DNA of 63,937 nucleotides, the filler included, from Collodictyon triciliatum (taxonomy: Eukaryota), in assembly GCA_043381765.1 (NCBI GenBank). It is 12 parts of 12 records of this genome, joined end to end, with 100 filler letters (N's around TTAATTAATTAA, not from the genome) between each part and the next. Parts side by side here need not be neighbours in the genome. Positions count along the whole stretch, not along the records: positions 22,600 to 28,133 come from JBHJMP010005132.1; positions 28,234 to 33,766 come from JBHJMP010005133.1; positions 33,867 to 39,372 come from JBHJMP010005134.1; 9 more parts are not named here. One strand, 5' to 3'. The notes under the pieces were generated by a model that was given only the letters and a program-made list of their open reading frames with translations, ran no database searches and had not been told where the DNA came from. Below, piece after piece: positions 25,591 to 36,466 of this stretch (positions within the stretch are counted from its first letter, which is position 1; every line of letters starts with the position of its first letter). A program made the position numbers and the translations under genes.

Positions 25591-27623
25591 GTTGGCGGAT
25601 CTGTGCCGGGCAGATGCGGCCACGCAGGTAGGGGCAAGAGGGCGGCATAGAGGGAGAAGCTCGGCGTGAGTGGGTGTTTGCTGTGTCGGGTCGGACTTTC
25701 TTTTATGCCCGCCTGGGGAAGACTTCGAGAAAAGTGGCGGAGGCGACAAGTCGCTTTGTGCGCGTTGTTGGAAGGTTGTGGGGTCGATAACAGGGACGGT
25801 GCGAGAAGAGAAGGCGGGGGCGCAGAGGGCCACTCACTCGTGTGGGTCTGGGTTGTTCTGGCCGGCTTTGGTCAGGGGACGGATGCTGGAAACCACGCGG
25901 GAGAGCGAAAAGAGGATTTGTGATTTACGTCGGAAATTACACAGATTCGGCCTTTTTCCATTCACATATACCAAAGCCTCCAAAACACGCTCTCAACAGG
26001 GCAGACACAAAAAAATTATTTTGACGAAGGCTCAAACTATTGGGTTTTTTTTCGTTTTCCTTCGAATTCACTATGAAAAAATTTTCTTCCCTGGGTGGTT
26101 TGGCAAGGAAAAAAAAGAAAGAAAATGTGACCACTTTCGATGAAACTATACATAACTGGATAATATTTTCTCATACGTTTCATACTCCTATTATTGTATT
26201 TAGGACAATGATTGTGGTGTAAATTAAAAATATATATAGAAAGAGACGAAAAAAAAGTCCTAAATGTAAAAATGCATTGAGGTTATGGCAGAAATAATAA
26301 TTTGTAAACAAAGTCAATAGATTGTCTCTCTTTCTGCTTGCCTCGAGAACTTTGCTGCATGGAATATACAGAGAAATCGTACGATTCAAAAGTTAACCAC
26401 AAATAAATACAAAATTGGAAAGAATTCCTGTTGGGATGGAAAGCCATTCGATTCTGGGTGTCCATACCAGTTATGAATGCGCCGCTATGTTCGTGTATTG
26501 GAACGCCCCTGGTTCCTCTTTTCTGGCCGCCCTGTGGCACATTCCGTGGGTGGTTGGTTTGTAGGGTAAAACGTATTGTTTTTCGATGACACTTCAGTCA
26601 TTTCCCCATTTCCTCACTCATGTAGTGATTGTGAACCACGCTCGGACATTACGAACCTCTGCAAAGTAAGATAAATATATATTTAATTTTATAAAAAAAA
26701 AAAAGCCTACAAACGAAATCTCTATCTTAACTGATTGTAACTTGACAAGAGGACATGTCCAAGTATTCATCGATGTAACCATATGTTTATAGTAGTATAG
26801 ATTAAATTCGATTCAGGCACATATGGAATCTTAGTGGTACAAAAACTCGGAGTGGTGATGTGTGTTTTTTACTTTTAAATTTTTCTTTCGATTTCTTAAT
26901 GCAAACAAGATATGCTGAATGACAGGGAGAAGGCACTGGCAAAGAGGAGATACGATAAGTTTCTTTTCTTTTCGTTTGTCCAACTCCAAATAATGCAATC
27001 GAATAAAGGAAAAATAAACTAAAAATAATGTAGGGAAGGATAGCTGACTGGGTTACATAAAAAACTATATAATTGATAAAATAAAAGCCTTATACCTACT
27101 ATCAAACATGTCCAACCAAAGTATGATAATTGCGTTTTGAAACAGTAAGCGCGAGCAAGCATAGAAAATGAAAGGTTTGTTGTGCCTGACCAAAAGAATT
27201 ACTCCTTGTGAGTATCTCGAGTGGAAGTATTTCACAGAAATGTTTTGTAAGGTTTCTACATGAACGAAATGTATCTGAACATAAACCAAATAAGAATCGA
27301 TGTTCCATATGATATAGGTATTTCTGCAGTCAATTAATATGAAGACACCTTGAACCAATATGGTTGTAGGTAGCGCCAAAGAATTTCCACAGCCGCATAT
27401 GATAGAGTTATATATTAAGCATGATTCAACATCAGCATGCTTGACTGGACAGAATTCTTTGGTAAGGCTTCCCATGGCAATCAGCCCGTTCCAAAATGAT
27501 TCGTGTGGAAGCATTTGACGCACTGAGGTGTATTAGCACCCCCACGGGTTTTGGTTGTAAGGTTTCCTGTCTGGTGCCGTTCTAGGAAATTATGGTTCTC
27601 TGTGGCACATTTGAAGCACCGTG

Positions 27624-27722
27624 CAAAGTGTTAACTTGCAAAATGGTTCTCCCATGCGCTCCCATCCCGCCCCTTTGCATGGCGTAACCTCGCTACACTT
27701 TGAATCGAATAAAGGAAAAAAA
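27624..27722 (+). mobile_element. LINE 3'-UTR fragment (family 1, longer copy) with poly(A)
   Basis: 27648-27683 matches 31637-31672 (tctcccatgcgctcccatcccgcccctttgYatggc). It ends ACACTTTGAATCGAATAAAGG(A)7, linking the ultra-short inserts to the LINE. Confidence 0.75.
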
Positions 27723-27881
27723 TTCTTCCTTCCCTTGGGTCGAATAAAGGAAAAAAAAAAGAATCTCTTCCTTATGCATGCAATAATTTTATTCATAAAT
27801 TCCAATTACAGAACTCCACGAGTGAACGAATTGCCGCGAAGAATCCGTTTCTTGTCCAGAAATAGATCCACTCAAAAACAT

Positions 27882-27908
27882 TTTTTTTTTCCTTTATTCG
27901 ATTCAAAG
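27882..27908 (-). mobile_element. Ultra-short poly(A) retroposed insert, family 1
   Basis: Minus strand CTTTGAATCGAATAAAGG(A)9 with a perfect 18-bp TSD agatccactcaaaaacat (27864-27881, 27909-27926). Confidence 0.9.
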
Positions 27909-28056
27909 AGATCCACTCAAAAACATAAATTAAAATTGCCACATCTGTTAGAATTTGAACTAAATTCGATCTGATCAAAAATTTGAACGTTCTGCCTTCT
28001 TGCGCTTCTCCACAACCAACATTTGTCGCGGGCTTCAGAAGATTTATTACACAAGA

Positions 28057-28345
<289 letters not shown>

Positions 28346-28416
28346 ATAAATGGATTGCCAATATGGTTGTCATTCCTGAAAACATGACATCTAAACAATT
28401 TAAGAAAAATCGCAGA

Positions 28417-30314
28417 CTACGCACTTATTGAAGTGATCCAGTCCATCACACTAGGCACCCTGAGGTAGACGCCTATGCTCATCGAATCAAAACACTGGTC
28501 TCCATAGTTAAATATTCCAACAATAACACTTCTCCCTTTTCCAGTAAATAATGGCCCTCCTTCATCTCCAGGACAACTTCCAACTCCTCCGTATTCGCTC
28601 TATGCGTCCAATATATACATATTAGTAATTATAACTTTATCTAAGCAGATGATGTGAGAGGTTTTCTCCGTTCTTCGATTATTGGTGTTTTAAAAAAATA
28701 TAAAACTAATATTTAGCCAGATTGCGATTCAATTGGTAGATTTTCTTGTTGAACTTCATCAACTAATTACTTTGAATCGAATAAAGGAAAAAAAAAACTT
28801 CATCAACTAATTGTAATAATTCATACAAAATAACCCGGAATACCAGCGCAAAGCTCATTCCCTGTCCAATTCGAACTTAGGTATTCGATGCATCCGTTCG
28901 TAAGATCCACAGGGATTTCAGTTTCGTGTAAGACGGGGTTTATGTAATAATCTAAACTAGATGTGTACCCCCAACCAGCCACCCTTAAGATTGAGCCTGT
29001 CTGCGACAAGTAGGAGCTTCTGAACGTGCCCAAAGAGGCCCCCTTGATATCAGTTGGGCTTTCATATTGGATAAGTAAACCATTTATTAACCAGAATTCA
29101 TTATTGTAAATGAAACTTAGAATGGAATTGAAGCTGTCATTGCATTAGCATAAGATCATGTATCTCTTGTATTTCATAACCTTATTACACTTTGAATCAA
29201 ATATAGCATATATAAAAAAAGTATTAAACCAGGTGTCTGAAAGTCAATCATACATTTTTGGCATAAAAACAAAGTAAATTAAATGCATTTCATTCCACCA
29301 GANNNNNNNNNNNNNNNNNNNNNNNNNNNNNNNNNNNNNNNNNNNNNNNNNNNNNNNNNNNNNNNNNNNNNNNNNNNNNNNNNNNNNNNNNNNNNNNNNN
29401 NNNNNNNNNNNNNNNNNNNNNNNNNNNNNNNNNNNNNNNNNNNNNNNNNNNNNNNNNNNNNNNNNNNNNNNNNNNNNNNNNNNNNNNNNNNNNNNNNNNN
29501 NNNNNNNNNNNNNNNNNNNNNNNNNNNNNNNNNNNNNNNNNNNNNNNNNNNNNNNNNNNNNNNNNNNNNNNNNNNNNNNNNNNNNNNNNNNNNNNNNNNN
29601 NNNNNNNNNNNNNNNNNNNNNNNNNNNNNNNNNNNNNNNNNNNNNNNNNNNNNNNNNNNNNNNNNNNNNNNNNNNNNNNNNNNNNNNNNNNNNNNNNNNT
29701 CTTCGATAGCGGTTATTCCAAATCATGGGCATCAATACTAACAGTATTTGAAAACAAAAAAAAATAATAAAACAAATTGATCAAAAGAACTTTGGATTAG
29801 ATTTATATATGGTAGAAATAAAGACCGTATGTTCCTCCCTTAGCCGCGCAGGTTGCTGATGTTATGACATAACGTGGGTGAATGAGAGATCCGATACATT
29901 GATGTAAAAAGTAGTCAAACATGTTTGTCGTTGAAAAAGTAATAGAGGCGAGCCATGGATACTGCCACGAGGCAGATGCATATCCTCCAGCGATCCGCTC
30001 TTCTGATTATTTTTAATTTATTTCATTCATCGTCAGAGTTTACTTCAATACTGCATCATATTAGGCCTGTTCATAGGATGTATATTTGTGTAGCAAGAAA
30101 AGACATTAATGCATGGTACTAAAAACTCCTTCGCAGGTACTCATAAACAGGAAGCGAGAGGACCGTAGTGGGCCAATTCCAAAACAGACTTGTGAAATAT
30201 ATGAAATCATTAAGCCATCTTCTTGCCTTTTTGTCGATCGCCACCATGGCAGAGAATAGTATGGCCCATGATTACAAGTATTACAATTGGCAATAAAATC
30301 GTGAGAAGCTTCAT
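28417..30314 (-). CDS. Secreted trypsin-fold (S1A) serine protease homolog, catalytically inactive
   Basis: Signal peptide MKLLTILLPIVILVIMG..., activation site ER/IAGG, then QYPWLASI, CIGSLIHPRYVITSATC (His to Thr), VAGWG, NELCAG, SCPGDEGGPL (Ser to Glu) and GVYLRVPSVMDWI. The first intron needs a GC donor (30226). Assembly gap at 29303-29699. Confidence 0.88.
28769..28797 (+). mobile_element. Ultra-short poly(A) retroposed insert, family 1, intronic
   Basis: ACTTTGAATCGAATAAAGG(A)10 with a perfect 17-bp TSD aacttcatcaactaatt (28752-28768, 28796-28812). Confidence 0.9.
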
Positions 30315-31220
30315 TGTATCACAGGGATAGTCTGTCTGGGGATGTATGTTCTGTAATTGCAGAAGTAGACCCTAATCTAGTTCGACTAGACACACAAGAG
30401 ATAAAGAATCACTAACAAACACATATTTGTGTATATTCCAGAGCTAATTACAAATTATTTATCGTCCCTTCTCCTTCGCTCGGCTCCATTAATACTATGC
30501 CCTTACATTTTTCTTTTCTTCCTCTTAATTCTTGTGCACTGAGCAAGACCTCATCACAATATATATATATATATATATATAAAGCTACACGAAGAGATAA
30601 TTGCCGATAGAATATCCGGATTAGAAAGCAACACCCCAACGAAGAACCCCCCTCAATCCTCGAGAAGATTCCCTCTGGGATACTTGCATGAACCAATAAG
30701 TTTCAAGCTTAATCAAGACAAATCAATAAAATAAAAAAAGGAAAAGTCAAAGCTACACTTAAAAATCCGCACATACTCCAGTCCTGTTGAGATCACTCTA
30801 TGACGAAGGGAGCAACTACCCCCTCTCTGCAATCTTAGGTTTCTTCTCTTTAGGCAACCACCTGTAGTCGATCGTGCCAGGCAATCCAATATCGAGGCTG
30901 CGCATGAATCAAATGATGTAAGATTAAAGCTATTGATTAGTCACTTTACAAGCGACAACTGCAAAGGCACATCGCTCTCTTATGCAGCGCAAAACTTTAG
31001 CGACGATAATCTACTTATATGTCCATACACAAAGCATTTTATAAATTAAATATGTTATAATATAATATAGGAAAAGATCAGTGGAATATATAGTTAATAC
31101 AAGCATATAATGATACATTAAAAGCAATTATAAAATATATTCCACAATTATTTTACCGTTATTAACAGTTTCCTTTTGCGGGTGACGTTAGTGCAGGATA
31201 ATAGAATTGGTGATGGTGTC

Positions 31221-31715
31221 CCTTCTCAGCGTGCCTGACATCCTGTTTGGCCCACAATACCAAATGACCCACGACTCTAGAATACTCTGGACAGTCACAA
31301 GAAGACATATGCTGTGGGCCTTATGGAGTGTGCGTGCATTCTCTTGCTCCAATGATTCACCCGAACGAGAAATCAACGTAGCCAGGCTTGAGAGCCTCGT
31401 GCAATACAGCTTCCTGGACAGCTTGCTGAAACATGCTCACATTCTTCGCTACTCTGACCGCAAGCGGAGAGAGATGTGGGAATGTGTCGTGCGATATCTC
31501 CCACAGCATATCCAACCCCTGCTACCCACGCAACCAATCAACCAGTTGGGTCGCGCGCCTGACCAACTTGCTATCACTGATTTCATTCCAGTGCTACCCT
31601 CTCCACGGTAGTGTCTTCTCCTACTCGCGTTTGCTCTCTCCCATGCGCTCCCATCCCGCCCCTTTGTATGGCATAGCCTTGTGACACTATTAATTAAATA
31701 AAAGGAAAAAAAAAA
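31221..31715 (+). mobile_element. 5'-truncated non-LTR retrotransposon (LINE): ORF2 C-terminus, 3' UTR and poly(A)
   Basis: Intronless ORF ending at TAG 31609-31611 with RHMLWALWSVRA (like the L1/Tx1 C-terminal WxxWxxR motif), a 3' UTR, AATAAAAGG(A)10, and a 13-bp TSD tggtgatggYgtc (31208-31220, 31716-31728). Confidence 0.8.
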
Positions 31716-31769
31716 TGGTGATGGCGTCAATCAGAGTGATGAATTTCCGCGGAATTTTAAAATTACTGG

Positions 31770-31882
31770 AAGGAGCACAACATCTTTCATTGGCAAACCT
31801 GGTTCGCTATATCCAAGGTCTCACCACTTTTTTCACAGGTTGTGTAGTGGTGAAGGCTGCCAGGAAAGACCCGACAGCCTGT
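31770..31882 (-). ncRNA. Candidate Fanzor omega-RNA scaffold
   Basis: Three abutting hairpins directly 3' of the Fanzor reading frame: 31855-31879, 31821-31853 and 31797-31819. Hairpin 1 pairs fully only on the minus strand (G-U pairs). Possible 6-bp pseudoknot CACAAC/GUUGUG. Boundaries are inferred. Confidence 0.55.
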
Positions 31883-33060
31883 TATTTTAGAGGTTTATGC
31901 ATTTTTTGAAGGATTAAAAGAACTTTCTCGAGTATATTTTTAGCGCTGTTAAAGTCCCTTGTCAAGAATACACTTTGTTTGCTTTCTCAGCGATTGCATT
32001 AATTACATATGAGACATCTTTTCTTTTTTTTTTTGTATTTCCTTTCGGTGTCATGTATCAGTTCTTTTTCGCGTTGCAGCACATTTTGGACGTTATAAAT
32101 TCATCTACATTAACTGTTTCGAAATGTTTGGATAGTATTTTTCGTAATCCTCTTCTGATTGTTGGCATAAAATGTTTCATCGTAGATTTTCTGCTCCAGT
32201 TTCCATACGCCAGTACAACATTCTTGCCAAATGTCTTTTCGATTCGGTCCATAAACAACGGTTCACTTCATTTTGTTCTAGCATAATGTCTCCGTCTCAC
32301 CTTTCGAAAAGTTACTTATTCATAAAATCTGGAAAATTCTATCCGGTATCTTGATTTTATAGATACATATTCTCAATTTTTTTCATAATCGACCGTGCAT
32401 GAATATTTTTACTCGGTTCTGTCTCTAAATCGATTAAAGATAATCTTACTGTCTCAAACAGCTGATTCTCTTCAAAAGTCATTTGACCAAAAGAAAAGGC
32501 ACTTTGTAAAACTGTTGCCATGCATATAGCTGAAGCCTTGTACTTTATATTTCTCGCGCAAGAGTATTTTTTTGATTTTTAAAGGATTTGCTCTCATGTC
32601 TTCTTTGGTGTGCCGTGTAACGTGATTTCTTACCTGTCTCATCCACTATGTAAACAAAATTAAACTTGCCTGGATCCACTCCAACTATTTTATTTTATTT
32701 TTTGTCGCTAATAATGATAACTGCTCTTCGGAAAGTCCATCTATGTGGACATATTCTTCGGTTTTTTTTTATTACATTTTGAATTTTGAATTTGAAATGC
32801 CTTTCTTTTTATACAATAATGTCACTACCAAGCTGTCTGTTTGTATCATGTATTTGAAATTGTAGTCTCTGTGATGAAAGACCCTCTTTATTTCAAAGAC
32901 ATTATTCCCACATGGTCTCTTTGCATCCTGATATATTCTTCAGTAATGATGTTTTCCAGATGATACTAATAGACCTATCGAACATGCAGTACCTAGAGTA
33001 ATATGACATGGTGTAGTGTTAGTTCTTATAGAGATTGGTCGAAACAGTCTGCGTCGAATG
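31882..33060 (-). pseudogene. Fanzor1 (eukaryotic TnpB-like RNA-guided endonuclease) pseudogene
   Basis: Ordered motifs: RLFRPISIRTNTTPCHI; YNFKYMIQTD; YVHIDGLSEEQL; RuvC-I IVGVDPGK (D at 32674-32676); RYTAHQRRHES; TVDYEK...FRKVRRRHY; TFGKNVVLAYGNWS...HFMPT..GLRKILSKHF..VNVDEFITSKMCC (E at 32100-32102); second CxxC; RuvC-III FLTRDFNSAKNI (D at 31954-31956). Many stops and frameshifts. Confidence 0.88.
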
Positions 33061-33669
33061 TCCTAAAAAATGCCATTGATGTAAAAAAGAAAAAAGAAAC
33101 GGGTGAATGAATCAAAGCAACCAATACTTAGCAAAATATTCATACTTATCTTGCTACCCGTGGGTCGATAGCAGAACTTGAATCATATGAACCCTTTCTC
33201 CAGTGTCTCTTGTTCTCTTCGATTCCTTGCGCGGAGCGCTTGGTCATGGAGCCTTTCATCTCTTTGCTGGGGTATCTCCCTTTGGTGTCTTTGTCAATCG
33301 TAAACCCGGATCTTTGTTAGTCTGCCTCCCTTTCTTCAGGCGTGTCTTTTTGCCTCTTGACTTTTGCAAGACCACTTTTTCTCTCCCTCGCTGTTTTTTT
33401 TTTTTTCATCTTGCTACTCGTTTTCCAGGTCAGGGCTCCTGGTGGTTGCAGCTTTTAGAGTTGTAATTATCCTCGACTCACTCGGGTGCGTAGTGATGAG
33501 CCATAAATCCAGCCTCCGTATCCAGCCGGCCTGCACCCTTACCCAACACGCTTCACTGCTTTCAACTAAGGTGCACACAACAACATCGGACTATAAAAAA
33601 TAATAATCTAAAAACCCTTCCTTCCCTTGAATCAAATAAAGGTGAACCCCCCAACCCCAACCCCAAGCC

Positions 33670-34009
33670 AAACAAAACAAAACAAAACAAAACAAAACAA
33701 AACAAAACAAAACAAAACAAAACAAAACAAAACAAAACAAAACAAAACAAAACAAAACAAAACAAANNNNNNNNNNNNNNNNNNNNNNNNNNNNNNNNNN
33801 NNNNNNNNNNTTAATTAATTAANNNNNNNNNNNNNNNNNNNNNNNNNNNNNNNNNNNNNNNNNNNNTCTCCTAATTTTGATTTCATTTTGTACCAGCTTA
33901 ACTTAGATATTGTATTGTATTGTATTGTATTGTATTGTATTGTATTGTATTGTATTGTATTGTATTGTATTGTATTGTATTGTATTGTATTGTATTGTAT
34001 TGTATTTTG
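33670..34009. repeat. (AAAAC)n and (TATTG)n microsatellites at scaffold ends
   Basis: Direct reading: 33670-33766 and 33908-34009. Confidence 0.93.
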
Positions 34010-34096
34010 AACCATAAAATTCTACATAGAATACCAACTATTCCAATAAGACCACCGAGATAGTAAATTTGTTTATCAACTTATTTTTGGATACAG

Positions 34097-36466
34097 GTTC
34101 ACTCTTTGGTGAAATATCATTTTTGGAGGGTGGAACTGTCAGTGCAAATGTGATTGCAGATGAAAACCCAACAGCAGTGTATATTATTGATGGGACATTC
34201 ATCGAAGGTATGACATCACTTGATATTTCCTTTCTAAATAATTTACAGATATTATGGAATCCTGAGAAAAATTGAATTGACAGATTAATTATTATGGCAT
34301 CATTTAAAAGGGCTATTGAAGGTCGAACCAGGCTTGCCAGGAAGATTCTATAACTATCTTGCTATCCAACTTGCTGACCGTCTTCGAAGCCGAAAGGTTG
34401 CTCTGCACTTTTTTATCTTAAAAAAAAAATCCTATTTTAACTTTTCATTTTTCTTCGAGTATTCTTTGTTATTTATTATAAGTTATTAAATATTAAATGA
34501 AAATGTGTCCAGATGCCATCCAACGCAGTTGTAGATGATAGCCGAAGCAAGTTAATCACAGACGAAAAATTCCAAAAGGCCTTCAATCTTCCAAAGGAGG
34601 AAAACCTGAGGCAACGTAATAATATAATCAATAAGCCATCCTTAAAAAAAAAATAAAATCTTCAGCTGATTTTCGGTTTTTGTTGATTTTCTTATTGAAT
34701 ATAAAATCATCTACCATCAGACTGGGCTTGCTGTATGGAAAAAAAGATGAAATATCACGGGGTTGTGTACATATCCACTAATTTCATTTGTTTCTCTGCC
34801 AAAGTTTTGGGAATGAAGACAAAGGTTTGTCGTCTAGTATAAATCAGGCACATAAATTCTCAGTTCTTTTTCTCTCAATGAAATTATCTCTACTCATGGA
34901 AATGAAAATGTATTCATAGGAGGTGATATCTTTGAAAGAGATATCGACAATCACTGCAAATGATTCAAAAATTGAAATAACAACAGCCGACGAGAAAGAG
35001 GTAGCTTTTTTTTTACTTCATCTCCTCAGTTTGCATTATGTTTTTTGTCCTTCTTTGTTTTGTTTTGTTTTGTTTTGTTTTGTTTTGTTTTGTTTTGTTT
35101 TGTTTTGTTTTGTTTTGTTTTGTTTTGTTTTGTTTTGTTTTGTTTTGTTTGGTATTTTGCATTTTGCATTTTATCTCTTTGTATTTTATTTTATTTTTTT
35201 GCATTTGTGGTTAGCTTACACCGCACATGAAATCACGATTTGTAGTTCACCTTTGGTCAATTCGATAACATCCAAGAGACGCATGAAATTATCTCTGGTG
35301 TGTGGAGACAGTGCAAGGTATTGCCCAAGATTAAGTATTAGTAAATGTACTTCCATTTTAGATTTTGTGTCTAAACCGCTCTTTATTAATTTTGAATCAC
35401 GTCTTGGCTACCGTTATTCTCTGTGTTATGCGCCAGGCAACCACCCGTGCAATACAGACAAGAAATCAGCTCACAAATCCCGAGAATTCAAGTCGTGAAG
35501 CGAAGGTTGGCTCATCAAAAGAAGTTTTGTCCGAAAAGGTATGTAAGGGAGTTAAAAAAAAATAATGAATAAAACCGTGACTAACTTTGAAATGGCACAT
35601 GATTATGAAAGTACAATCGCGTGTATCAGGGATTTGTAATACGCTGTGATAAAATAGGATTTGAAGATGCTTTTGACTGGAGCAAAGCTCGTGTTTTTCA
35701 AGAAAGATGAGATTGTTCTTGCCGAGGGAGGGTAAGACTGTAAATATGAAGACATATTCTGATTAAAAAAAAAAAACATTATGATGGCAACTAGATCTCT
35801 TTACTTGACTTGTGCAGTCTTCTATTAACGTGTTTCTACTCTTGTTAAAAAGGAAAAAAAAAACTATTGAAATGAATACTCCTACTCCATGGCCTGATGT
35901 GTTGTTTTCCTAAAGCAATTGATCGTTTCTATGCAGACGTATGCGATGTTTGTACCAAATCGGTCGAGGAACTGTGCGCGTTGAAAAGGGAAATGGAACG
36001 GACCGCGTTGTATTTCGCAAGATGCACCCTGGCCAGATGTTTGGAGAAATGTCCTTTTTGGAACCTGTGCCTGCTTCTGCCTCAATCGTAGCCGATGACG
36101 TTAGATTTGATTGAACTATTACATTTTCTGTTGTTTGATATCACGAAATAACCAGTTAATTTGTATCAATTAATCACGAAGCTGTTTTCTTTTAAAAAAA
36201 ATAAGAGAAAATTGGTATGTATATGTTATATAGCTACATTTTGATTGTGCATCATTTCCAATATCAATATTATTCACTGGTGATTTTTTTTTTTTATTTT
36301 CTGCCCCGAATTGTGGCAACCATATCTGTGCATAACGCAGACCGGCGCAGATGTGTATATTATCGAGCGCTCTTTTGTAGAGGGACTTCTCTATTTGGAC
36401 CCGGAGCTTCCGGGGCGCTTTTATAAGTTCCTTGCCCTTAATCTGGCTAATCGGTTAAGGAAGTAG
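34097..36466 (+). CDS. Cyclic-nucleotide-binding protein with cNMP-GRAM-cNMP architecture; 5' truncated
   Basis: cNMP motif FGEISFLEGGTVSANVIA, GRAM motif FQKAFNLPKEENL...YHGVVYISTNFICFSAKVLG, and second cNMP motif FFKKDEIVLAEG...LYQIGRGTVRV...GQMFGEMSFLEPVPASASIVA. Both cNMP units end PGRFYxxLAxxLAxRLR. Stop at 36464-36466. Confidence 0.88.

Noticed and set aside
26180-27600. ORFs upstream of RPS19 as a transposase or gene
   Set aside because: No recognisable motif and stops in all plausible frames; possibly a decayed element, but unsupported.
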